From: Propionibacterium ruminifibrarum
GTDB lineage: Bacteria; Actinomycetota; Actinomycetes; Propionibacteriales; Propionibacteriaceae
Length of the DNA stretch: 32,000 nucleotides
Assembly: GCF_900289195.1 (NCBI RefSeq)
Contig: NZ_OMOH01000003.1
Location: 90,001 to 122,000, forward strand
Direction of reading: 5' to 3'
Below the pieces are notes generated by a model. That model was not told where the DNA came from, did not search any database, and saw only the letters and a list, made by a program, of their open reading frames with translations. Positions 24,752 to 32,000 of this stretch are shown piece after piece (the stretch's first letter is position 1; every line of letters begins with the position of its first letter). A program made the position numbers and the translations under genes.

Positions 24752-27535
24752 ATGTCGTCACCCACCATCAACAAGGAGATCGGCACCACCCGGCTGATCG
24801 ATCGCGTCGGCATGGCACACGACGCGTCGCACTACCTGCTCATCCCCGAGGTTGTGATTACGGCCACCGACACGGCCCATGTTGCTTCGGTGATGGCGCA
24901 GGCCCGCCGTGACGGCAAGCACGTCACGTTCCGCTCGGGTGGCACCAGCCTGTCAGGGCAGGCGCTCAGCGACTCGATCCTGCTCGACGTCCGCAAGAAC
25001 TTCCGCGGCGTCACCGTACTCGACGGCGGCGAGCGGGTGCGCTGCCAGCCGGGCGCCACGATCCTCAACATCAACGCCCACCTGGCGCGCTACAACCGCA
25101 AGCTCGGCCCCGACCCGGCGTCCTCGCGCGCCGCGACGATCGGCGGCGTCATCGCCGACAACTCGTCCGGCATGAGCTGCGGCACCCAGCTGAACTCGTA
25201 CCAGACGGTCGAGTCGATGGTCATCGTGCTGCCCAGCGGCACCATCATCGACACCTCGTCGCCCAACGCCGACGACTACCTGCACCGCGCCGAACCCGAG
25301 ATGTGGGAGGGCCTGGCCGCCCAGCGCGACCGGCTGCGCGCCAACCCCGAGGCGGTCGCCAAGATCCGCCAGCAGTACGCCATGAAGAACACCATGGGCT
25401 ACGGCGTGAACTCCTTCCTCGACTACGACGAGCCGGTGCGCATCCTCGAGCACCTCATGGTCGGCTCGGAGGGCACACTCGGTTTCGTCTCCGAGGTGAC
25501 GATGCGCACCATCCCGATCCAGCCGCACGCCGCCACCGCGCTGCTCATCACGCCCGAGCTGAGTGTGGCCACCGACGCCCTGGAGGACCTCATCGCCAAC
25601 GGCGCCAAGTGCCTGGAGCTCATGGACGCCGCCAGCCTGCGGGTCGTCCAGACCTACCCCGAGGCCACGCCCGAGCTGGCCGCCCTCAACGTCCGCGAGG
25701 ACTCCGGCCTGCTCGTCGAGGCCCTCGCCGACTCCGAGCAGGAACTCGTCGAGCGCATGGACGCCCTGAACTCGGTGCTGGGCGGCCTGCCGATCGCCGA
25801 CCCGCCGCGCTTCACCAAGGACCCGCGCGAACGCGCCAATCTGTGGCAGCTGCGCAACGGCCTGTACACATCGGTTGCCGGTTCGCGCCCGGCCGGTACG
25901 ACGAACCTGCTCGAGGACATCGCCGTCCCGGTCGGTGACCTGACCGCACAGACCGATGACCTGCGCAAGATCTTCGCCGCGAACGGCTTCAATGAGGCCG
26001 TCATCTTCGGCCACGCCAAGGACGGCAACATCCACTTCATGGTCACCTGCGACTGGAACAAGCCCGGCGACATCGAGCGCTACGAGGCTTTCACCGAGGA
26101 CATGGTCGCCTCGGTGCTGGCCCACGAGGGCACCCTGAAGGCCGAGCACGGCACGGGCCGCGTCATGGCCGCCTATGTCGAGCGTCAGTGGGGGCCCGAG
26201 ATCTACGACGTCATGAAGACCGTGCGTCGTCTGGCTGACCCGAGTGGCGTGCTCAACCCGGGCACGATCATCACCGACGACCCGCAGATCCACATGAAAC
26301 ACTTCAAGATGATGCCGCCGGTCGACGGCTTCATCGACCGGTGCGTGGAGTGCGGCTACTGCGAGCCCACCTGCCCGTCGAAGGACCTCACCCAGACCCC
26401 GCGGCGCCGCATCGCGCTGCTGCGCTCGATGAAGGTGCTCTCGGACGAGGCGGCCGCCGAGATCCGCAAGGACTACGCCTACGAGGGCGTCGACACCTGC
26501 GCCGCCGATTCGCTGTGCTTCCTGTCCTGCCCGCTGCGCATCGACACGGGCAAGTTCATGAAACGCTTCCGCGCCGCTCGCCACTCCAGCCCGTACAAGG
26601 CCGTCATGACCGCGGCCGCCAAGGGCTGGGGCCCGGTGGTCTCGGTGCTGCAGGTGGCGCTCAACGTCGTCGACAAGGTGCCGAGCCCCGCCATGACCGG
26701 CGTGACGAAGGCCGCCCGCGCCGTGCTGCCGAAGGACATCATCCCGCTGGTGGGCGACGACCTGCCGGCCGGCGGTCCGAAGCGCCCCGCGGCACACAGC
26801 ACGCCGGCTGACGACTTCGTGCTCTTCTCCAGCTGCATGGGTGCCCTGTTCGCCCCCGCCGAGCACAGCCACGGCGGTGGAGCCGGGTCGAGCTTCACCA
26901 AGCTCGTCGAGCTCGCCGGCCAGCATGCCCGGGTGCCCGAGGGCCTTGGCAAGCTGTGCTGCGGCACGGTGTGGGTATCGAAGGGCTTCACCGACGGCGC
27001 CGACGAGATGGCCCGCCGCGTCTACGCCTCGGTGTGGGAGGCCAGCGACCACGGCCGCCTGCCGGTGGTCTGCGACGCCGCGAGCTGCACCCACGGCCTG
27101 GAGGAGACCGGCAACCACCTGAGCGGTGAGGAGGCCGAGAACTGGCGGAAGATCACGATCTACGACTCGACCACCTGGGTGGCCAAGTTCGTGCTCGACA
27201 AGATCACGCCGCGCTCGAAGGCCGGCTCGATCGTCATCCACCCGAGCTGCTCGATGCGTCACCTGGACTGCGTGGACGACACGGTGGCCTGCGCCGAGTT
27301 CGTGAGCGACGACGTGACGGTTCCGGTCAACGCCGGTTGCTGCGCCTTCGCCGGCGACCGCGGCCTGCTGCACCCCGAGCTGACCCGTTCGGCCACCCGC
27401 GCCGAGGCGGCCGAGGTCGCCGAGCGCGAGTACGACGAGTACGTCTCGGCGAACCGCACCTGCGAGCTCGGCATGAGCCGCGCCACCGGCCACGAGTACC
27501 GCCACATCCTGGAGGTGCTCGCCGAGCACGTGTGA
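24752..27535 (+). CDS. FAD-linked oxidase fused to Fe-S/CCG-domain subunit (GlcD-GlcF-type D-lactate/2-hydroxyacid dehydrogenase)
   Basis: 927 aa with a GAGGAGG RBS. N-terminal FAD-binding PCMH-type region (VTFRSGGTSLSGQA) and oxidase C-domain (HAKDGNIHF, LKAEHGTGR). Ferredoxin-type cluster CVECGYCEPTCPS with a second motif C..DSLCFLSCP. Two Cys-rich CCG-like regions (KLCCGT, GCCAFAG). Confidence 0.88.
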   Translation: MSSPTINKEIGTTRLIDRVGMAHDASHYLLIPEVVITATDTAHVASVMAQARRDGKHVTFRSGGTSLSGQALSDSILLDVRKNFRGVTVLDGGERVRCQPGATILNINAHLARYNRKLGPDPASSRAATIGGVIADNSSGMSCGTQLNSYQTVESMVIVLPSGTIIDTSSPNADDYLHRAEPEMWEGLAAQRDRLRANPEAVAKIRQQYAMKNTMGYGVNSFLDYDEPVRILEHLMVGSEGTLGFVSEVTMRTIPIQPHAATALLITPELSVATDALEDLIANGAKCLELMDAASLRVVQTYPEATPELAALNVREDSGLLVEALADSEQELVERMDALNSVLGGLPIADPPRFTKDPRERANLWQLRNGLYTSVAGSRPAGTTNLLEDIAVPVGDLTAQTDDLRKIFAANGFNEAVIFGHAKDGNIHFMVTCDWNKPGDIERYEAFTEDMVASVLAHEGTLKAEHGTGRVMAAYVERQWGPEIYDVMKTVRRLADPSGVLNPGTIITDDPQIHMKHFKMMPPVDGFIDRCVECGYCEPTCPSKDLTQTPRRRIALLRSMKVLSDEAAAEIRKDYAYEGVDTCAADSLCFLSCPLRIDTGKFMKRFRAARHSSPYKAVMTAAAKGWGPVVSVLQVALNVVDKVPSPAMTGVTKAARAVLPKDIIPLVGDDLPAGGPKRPAAHSTPADDFVLFSSCMGALFAPAEHSHGGGAGSSFTKLVELAGQHARVPEGLGKLCCGTVWVSKGFTDGADEMARRVYASVWEASDHGRLPVVCDAASCTHGLEETGNHLSGEEAENWRKITIYDSTTWVAKFVLDKITPRSKAGSIVIHPSCSMRHLDCVDDTVACAEFVSDDVTVPVNAGCCAFAGDRGLLHPELTRSATRAEAAEVAEREYDEYVSANRTCELGMSRATGHEYRHILEVLAEHV

Positions 27536-27575
27536 GACGTCGACCGGCTGTCGCGCCGGCCGGCGGACGATGAGT

Positions 27576-27617
27576 GAGAGCCGGGTGGGCCGCCCTTGGG
27601 TGGCCCACCCGGCTCTC
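27576..27617 (+). terminator. Strong stem-loop terminator after the dehydrogenase gene
   Basis: GAGAGCCGGGTGGGCC (27576-91) pairs perfectly with GGCCCACCCGGCTCTC (27602-17), a 16-bp stem, about 40 nt after the stop. Confidence 0.7.
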
Positions 27618-27828
27618 TGCGCGGCAGTGTCGCGCCAGAACCGGGTTCAACCTGCGGTTCTTGTGTGTCATTTCACGACGAGCGCAAGGCGAACCGGCGC
27701 CGGCACAGGTCATCACAGGGTGTTCACTCGAGAGACGACTACTCTTGCGTGCCCGGGGCGCTCGACGCTCCGGGTCTCCTCGCGGGCCGGGGAGACGGCA
27801 GGGACAAGACACGGGAGACAGAGACTGC

Positions 27829-29724
27829 ATGAGCGCTGTCAGCGCACCGGCCGAGCACATCGAGCAGATCAGGGACGCCGTCGATGAGCGGCTGCGGCGC
27901 AGGAGGCAGCGGAGGCTCTTCCAGAACAACGAGACCTACGCCGCGGCGGCGCTCGCCCTCGCCACCGTTATCGCCCTCGTGTGGGCGAACGTGGGGGACA
28001 GCTACCAGACCTTCTGGCACACGTCGGCGGCGGTCTCTCTCGGCCCGTTCGAGATCGACCTCACTCTGCACGAGTGGGTGGACGAGGGCCTCACGTCCGT
28101 CTTCTTCTTCATGGTGGGCCTGGACGTGCGCCGCGACCTCACCCTGGGAGACCTGCGGCTGCCCGGCCACGCGCTCCTTCCTGCGGCGGCCGCCGTCGGC
28201 GGGTTCATCGTCCCCGCCGTCGTCTTCGTGCTCGTCACCGGAGGCGGTGACGGCGCCCATGCGTGGGGTGCGGTGATCTCCACCGACACGGCCTTCGCCC
28301 TGGGCATGCTCGCCCTCATCGGCCCCAGACACGCGCCCCGGCTGCGGCTGTTCCTGCTCGCCTTCGCCGTCATCGACGACATCGGCGCGTTGACGGTCAT
28401 CGCGATCTTCTACTCCGGCTCCCTGAACCTCGTGGCCCTCGCGGTGGCCGTCGCGGGGCTGGCCGTCATCTGGCTCATGGCCCGCCGGGGCGTGTGGCGG
28501 GTGCCGCCCTATCTCGTGCTCGGCGTCGTCATCTGGTACGCCCTCTACCGCTCCGGTGTGCACGCCACCCTGGCAGGGGTGCTCATCGCCCTGCTCATGC
28601 CCGTGTACACCGTGCGAACCCGGGACGTGGACGAGTCGAACGAGATCGCCACGCTCTACCGTCAGGCCCCGGCTCCAGCGACCGCCCTGGCGCTGCGGGA
28701 GTCCCTCATCTACTCCATGCCGCTCAACCAGCGGCTGGCGTTCGTGCTGCCCCCGTACGTCAACTACGTGGTGGTGCCCCTGTTCGCCCTGGCCAACGCC
28801 GGTGTCGTACTGAGCGCCGACAGCCTCGGCAACGCCTTCTCCTCGCGGCTCACCTGGGCCATCGTCGCCGGCCTCGTGCTCGGCAAGGTGCTCGGTGTCG
28901 GCCTGGGTGCGGGCCTCGTGCTGCGGCTCGTGCCGCACTCGCGGCTGCACGGCCTGGACATGCCCCGGATCCTGGGGCTGGGCGCCCTGTCCGGCATGGG
29001 GTTCACCATCTCGCTGCTCGTGGTGAACATCGCGTTCGAGGACGAGACCCTGCGTGACCAGGCGAGGCTGGGCGTGCTGTTGGCCTCCCTCATGGCGCTC
29101 GTCCTGGCCTGGGTGATCTTCCGCGTGGCCGGCAGGCTCTCCCCGCTGCCCGAACCGGCCGGTGAGGTCCTGGAACGCCCCGTCGACGTCGAGCGGGACC
29201 TGACCGTCGGCGACCAGGACGCCCCGCACGTGCTCGTCAACTACGCCGACATGAACGACGAGGGCAGGTGGCGTCTCGCGGAGGCCCTGCAGGCCAGCCA
29301 GCACCTCGTGCAGTCCGGTGAGCTGCTCCTCGTCATGCGCCACATCGTCTCCGGGCCGGAGAGCCTGCTCGCGGCGCTCGCGCTCGAGGCGGCCGCGGCG
29401 AACAAGGAGCCGAACCTGTGGCCCTTCCACGACGCCCTGGCCGCACTGCGCGGCGGCATCACCGCACGCACCATCACCCGGGCCGCCCGCGAGACCGGCA
29501 TCGACGTCGACGCCCTGTGGCGGCGCATCGACTCCCGGACGGACGAGAAGAAGGTGCTCGCCGACTCCGACGACGTCGAGGACCTGACCGAGGACGGCGC
29601 CCCAGTGGTGTACATCGACGGCAGGCGCCTCACCCGGCTGCTGCACAGCTGGACCATCACCGACGAAATCAACCGGCTCAACCAGGAGGCTGCCGACCAG
29701 GAGGACTCCGTGCAACGCCCCTGA
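27829..29724 (+). CDS. nhaA: Na+/H+ antiporter NhaA fused to a C-terminal DsbA-like thioredoxin-fold domain
   Basis: Start at the ATG at 27829 (MSAVSAP...). NhaA blocks are EWVDEGLTSVFFFMVGLDVRRD, VIDDIGALTVIAIFY and VPLFALANAGV. The C-terminal roughly 170 aa resemble the DsbA-like domain fused to NhaA in many actinobacteria. Confidence 0.88.
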   Translation: MSAVSAPAEHIEQIRDAVDERLRRRRQRRLFQNNETYAAAALALATVIALVWANVGDSYQTFWHTSAAVSLGPFEIDLTLHEWVDEGLTSVFFFMVGLDVRRDLTLGDLRLPGHALLPAAAAVGGFIVPAVVFVLVTGGGDGAHAWGAVISTDTAFALGMLALIGPRHAPRLRLFLLAFAVIDDIGALTVIAIFYSGSLNLVALAVAVAGLAVIWLMARRGVWRVPPYLVLGVVIWYALYRSGVHATLAGVLIALLMPVYTVRTRDVDESNEIATLYRQAPAPATALALRESLIYSMPLNQRLAFVLPPYVNYVVVPLFALANAGVVLSADSLGNAFSSRLTWAIVAGLVLGKVLGVGLGAGLVLRLVPHSRLHGLDMPRILGLGALSGMGFTISLLVVNIAFEDETLRDQARLGVLLASLMALVLAWVIFRVAGRLSPLPEPAGEVLERPVDVERDLTVGDQDAPHVLVNYADMNDEGRWRLAEALQASQHLVQSGELLLVMRHIVSGPESLLAALALEAAAANKEPNLWPFHDALAALRGGITARTITRAARETGIDVDALWRRIDSRTDEKKVLADSDDVEDLTEDGAPVVYIDGRRLTRLLHSWTITDEINRLNQEAADQEDSVQRP

Positions 29725-29897
29725 ACACGGACCGGCAACCGGCGGGGCCGATGCGTCAGGTCGAGGGGACGCCGACTGGTCGTCCTGGTCATCGGAGGTA
29801 TCGGCGAGGACGCCGGACTTCATGGTGGACACCGACGGGCCGGCGGGCTGCACCGTCCCGGCGGGGCCGGTCGACTCAGCCGCTGGGCCGGATGCTC

Positions 29898-30095
29898 TCA
29901 GCGGAGCAGGCGCCTGCCGTGGCTGCCCGCCCAGCCCACGGTGACGGCGACGAGCACCCAGCAGACGTTCTCGAAGACGCCCGGATGCCGGCCGGCGGCC
30001 AGCTGGATGACCAGGTCGAGCAGCAGGCAGGCAAGCGTGATGGCGGCCCACTCGGCAACGATCCTGCCGGTGATCCTCACTCCACTCGCAGCCAT
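29898..30095 (-). CDS. Possible small two-TM membrane protein
   Basis: 65 aa from the ATG at 30095; the track start at 30122 is a TTG. There are two hydrophobic segments (WAAITLACLLLDLVIQLAAG and VCWVLVAVTVGWAG). The RBS is weak and no homology is recognised. Confidence 0.3.
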   Translation of the reverse strand: MAASGVRITGRIVAEWAAITLACLLLDLVIQLAAGRHPGVFENVCWVLVAVTVGWAGSHGRRLLR

Positions 30096-30137
30096 GGCGG
30101 CCCCTGGTATTCCTCGTGGCAATCAGTGCCAGTTTAG

Positions 30138-30217
30138 TTCAGCTCGTCGTGGTCAGGGTGGACGTGCCGTCCGGGCTCGGGCGCACGCTCACCCGCTCGG
30201 CGATGCGCTGCTTCATC
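30138..30217 (-). pseudogene. Orphan duplicate of the last 26 codons + stop of sbcC (left direct repeat)
   Basis: The minus strand reads MKQRIAERVSVRPSPDGTSTLTTTS*. It shows 75/80 nt identity, without gaps, to 31657-31736. Confidence 0.8.
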
Positions 30218-30313
30218 GGTGCCTGTGTCTCAGCTAAGAAAAAAGTGGACAGCGTCCAGCGGGAAGTCACTAGGTGTTAACTGGGTACAAGATCACCATC
30301 ACTGGATGGAGCA

Positions 30314-31582
30314 ATGCTAATGGCTAGAGGAACCTCGCTGGCAGGGCCGAACAAATTCGTGGGGTGGGGTATCTGCACCGCAGCATTCCCTTGGGTATTT
30401 TTTATCATTCAATGTATCGAGCAAGTGTTTATATCGGTGCGTAATGCTCATGATATCAAGTCAACCATAGTCTCTTCTTTTTCGGGTTCTTTCTCTAGCT
30501 TGAAAGGGTCAATGCCTGGAGAGCTCAGTGTAGTTCTGGCGCTGCTTACTGTTGAAGGCATTTTGATGGCTGCAGCGTCGGGGTTTAAGGGGGTTAAGTT
30601 TAGACCATGGTCCAAGGTGCGAGGCGAGTCATTATTGACAATTACAAGTGAATATCAAAAAAGATGGTCAGCTTATATGGTGATAGCAGTCTTGGGATCC
30701 TCTTCGGGGGTTGTGCTTTTTTGCGGCGTGGTTATCCTCTTTTCCAACCATGGCTTATTATTTGCATTAATCATGATTTGTCTGGCTGCTATGCATGTCG
30801 TGGTGAATGTATTTCTCGTTTCGCTAGAGGCGGGTGACTTAAATGAATTTGCCCCGTATGTACTCTATTGCAAGCTCTTTCAGCGCGTAGTTGATGTTAA
30901 AGCCGCTGGGCCGCTAAATCGCAGAGATAGCCCGACCGCTGTACCGGTCTTGGCTTATGCGTTGGCGGTGCTGGCGCTACTTCTGTTACCGGTGGTTCCG
31001 CTGATCGGGGTGATAGCTGTTGAGTGGGCTGAATTGCGCGAAGAATATAGATGGGTCTTTGTTGTGTGGGTCTTTGGGCCAGAAGTTGTATTGGCCTGTG
31101 TTGCCTTGTTTGTTGCCCGGTCATACTGGGGTGGCTGCCACTGGTCTGCCGACTATAGTGATAGCGCATCGAAGCGAGTCGCCGTATTGCTCATAGAGTG
31201 GGTGCTGTTTGGGGGTGTGGCTTTGTTCATGGTTCTGTCCCTATTAATATATCATGACGCGGGTGTGAGTGGATTGAGCATGATTCTCTTTGCATTGTCC
31301 GTGATGTGCAGTATCGTCGTAGCGTTCATGGCTGCTTCTCGCTCGGGGGTAATCTGGCGGCGCGGTCTGATGAATAAGCTTTGGAGTCAGATATATCATA
31401 TGGCTGGTCAACAATTCGTTCAGGGTCGTTCTGACCTTTTCAAGATGGACGGCGGCGCGTCACTTGACAGCGCCAATAAGGAGTTGTTGCGAATGTATTC
31501 CGCCAAAGATCGTGCTGAGCTGTCGGTGATCGCAAAACAGATTATTAATTGGGGGTATGACGGCTCCAATTCTGTGGGCTGA
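30314..31582 (+). CDS. Orphan polytopic membrane protein (about 8-9 TM + about 70-aa C-terminal soluble tail), function unknown
   Basis: 422 aa from the ATG at 30314; ATG at 30320 is an alternative, with GGAG at 30307-10. The long ORF in AT-rich DNA is unlikely to be spurious and is followed by a canonical terminator. I recognise no family motif. Confidence 0.7.
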   Translation: MLMARGTSLAGPNKFVGWGICTAAFPWVFFIIQCIEQVFISVRNAHDIKSTIVSSFSGSFSSLKGSMPGELSVVLALLTVEGILMAAASGFKGVKFRPWSKVRGESLLTITSEYQKRWSAYMVIAVLGSSSGVVLFCGVVILFSNHGLLFALIMICLAAMHVVVNVFLVSLEAGDLNEFAPYVLYCKLFQRVVDVKAAGPLNRRDSPTAVPVLAYALAVLALLLLPVVPLIGVIAVEWAELREEYRWVFVVWVFGPEVVLACVALFVARSYWGGCHWSADYSDSASKRVAVLLIEWVLFGGVALFMVLSLLIYHDAGVSGLSMILFALSVMCSIVVAFMAASRSGVIWRRGLMNKLWSQIYHMAGQQFVQGRSDLFKMDGGASLDSANKELLRMYSAKDRAELSVIAKQIINWGYDGSNSVG

Positions 31583-31590
31583 TAGGTATG

Positions 31591-31636
31591 GCGGTATGCG
31601 CCACCCATGAAAACAGGTGGCGCATACCGCGTTTCT
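31591..31636 (+). terminator. Rho-independent terminator of the 422-aa gene
   Basis: GCGGTATGCGCCACC (31591-605) pairs perfectly with GGTGGCGCATACCGC (31616-30), a 15-bp stem, followed by GTTTCT. It starts 9 nt after the stop. Confidence 0.75.
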
Positions 31637-31656
31637 GGTGTTGCTCGTAGAACTGG

Positions 31657-31736
31657 TTCAGTTCGTCGTGGTCAGGGTGGACGTGCCGTCCGGGCTTGGG
31701 CGAACGCTCACCCGCTTGGCGATGCGCTGCTGCATC
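31657..31736. repeat. Right direct repeat (authentic 3' end of sbcC)
   Basis: 80 bp with 5 mismatches to 30138-30217. Confidence 0.8.
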
Positions 31737-32000
31737 TCGGCGACGTGGCTGATGACGCCGATGCAGCGCCCGCCCGCGCGCAGCTGTTCCAGCTGGCCCA
31801 TGACCGTGTCGAGGGCGTCGGCGTCGAGGCTGCCGAAGCCCTCGTCGATGAAGAGGCTGTTGAGTTCGATGCCCCCGGCCTCGCTCGTCACCGTGTCGGA
31901 CAGGCCGAGCGCCATCGCCAGCGAGGCCAGGAAGGTCTCGCCGCCCGACAGGGTGCGCGGGTCGCGTTCGGTGTCGACGGGCACGTGGTCGACGACGACC
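31658..32000 (-). CDS. sbcC: SbcC-like SMC-family nuclease ATPase, C-terminal part (5' end outside window)
   Basis: LSGGETFLASLAMALGLSD (signature), LFIDEGFGSLD (Walker B/D-loop) and GVISHV (H-loop). It closely parallels the E. coli SbcC C-terminus (TLSGGESFLVSLALALALSD...LFLDEGFGTLD...IGVISHV). The frame stays open to the window end. Confidence 0.8.
   Translation of the reverse strand, partial: VVVDHVPVDTERDPRTLSGGETFLASLAMALGLSDTVTSEAGGIELNSLFIDEGFGSLDADALDTVMGQLEQLRAGGRCIGVISHVAEMQQRIAKRVSVRPSPDGTSTLTTTN

Larger units (their letters stand above)
30218..31656. mobile_element. Putative integrated islet: low-GC insertion between the two sbcC 3'-end repeats (no recombinase gene present)
   Basis: Composition drops abruptly. 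Hand counts are 23/60 GC at 30421-30480 and 30/60 at 31021-31080, against 44/60 at 29941-30000. The islet is bounded by 80-bp direct repeats and holds one gene plus a terminator. Confidence 0.5.

Noticed and set aside
31591-31630. An integron attC-like site at the end of the 422-aa gene cassette.
   Set aside because: The 15-bp perfect hairpin followed by GTTTCT is fully explained as an intrinsic terminator. No RYYYAAC/GTTRRRY core sites and no intI gene are visible.

Overview
High-GC (about 70%) actinobacterial-type chromosome, mostly ordinary housekeeping and cell-envelope genes, with two small AT-richer accessory pockets. Left to right:
- End of a FecCD/ATPase iron-type ABC importer.
- A divergent GlxA/AraC regulator and isochorismatase-family hydrolase pair. 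It sits inside a decayed tandem duplication that also carries a small ribbon-helix-helix (RHH) gene.
- A low-GC pocket with two uncharacterised membrane proteins, next to tRNA-Leu(CAG).
- A 5-gene peptide/nickel-type ABC importer: a Tat-lipoprotein binding protein, two permeases and a fused double ATPase.
- A minus-strand block: a DUF3516-type Ski2-like helicase, a membrane-anchored cutinase-like esterase, and a translationally coupled small membrane protein / processive GT2 synthase / GT-C-like membrane protein operon.
- A degenerate Eda-fold protein.
- An NlpC/P60 peptidoglycan hydrolase with a structured repeat-rich leader.
- pgi.
- A GlcD-GlcF-type FAD/Fe-S dehydrogenase.
- An NhaA antiporter fused to a cysteine-less DsbA-like domain.
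- The 3' end of sbcC.

The most unusual locus is at 30.1-31.7 kb. A 1.4-kb low-GC insertion carries one orphan 422-aa polytopic membrane protein and its own terminator. It is bracketed by diverged 80-bp direct repeats of the sbcC 3' end, and no recombinase gene is visible.

I saw no CRISPR array, rRNA, transposase or integrase. Many long antisense ORFs in the track are high-GC artefacts. All family calls rest on motifs I recognise by eye, not on database searches.
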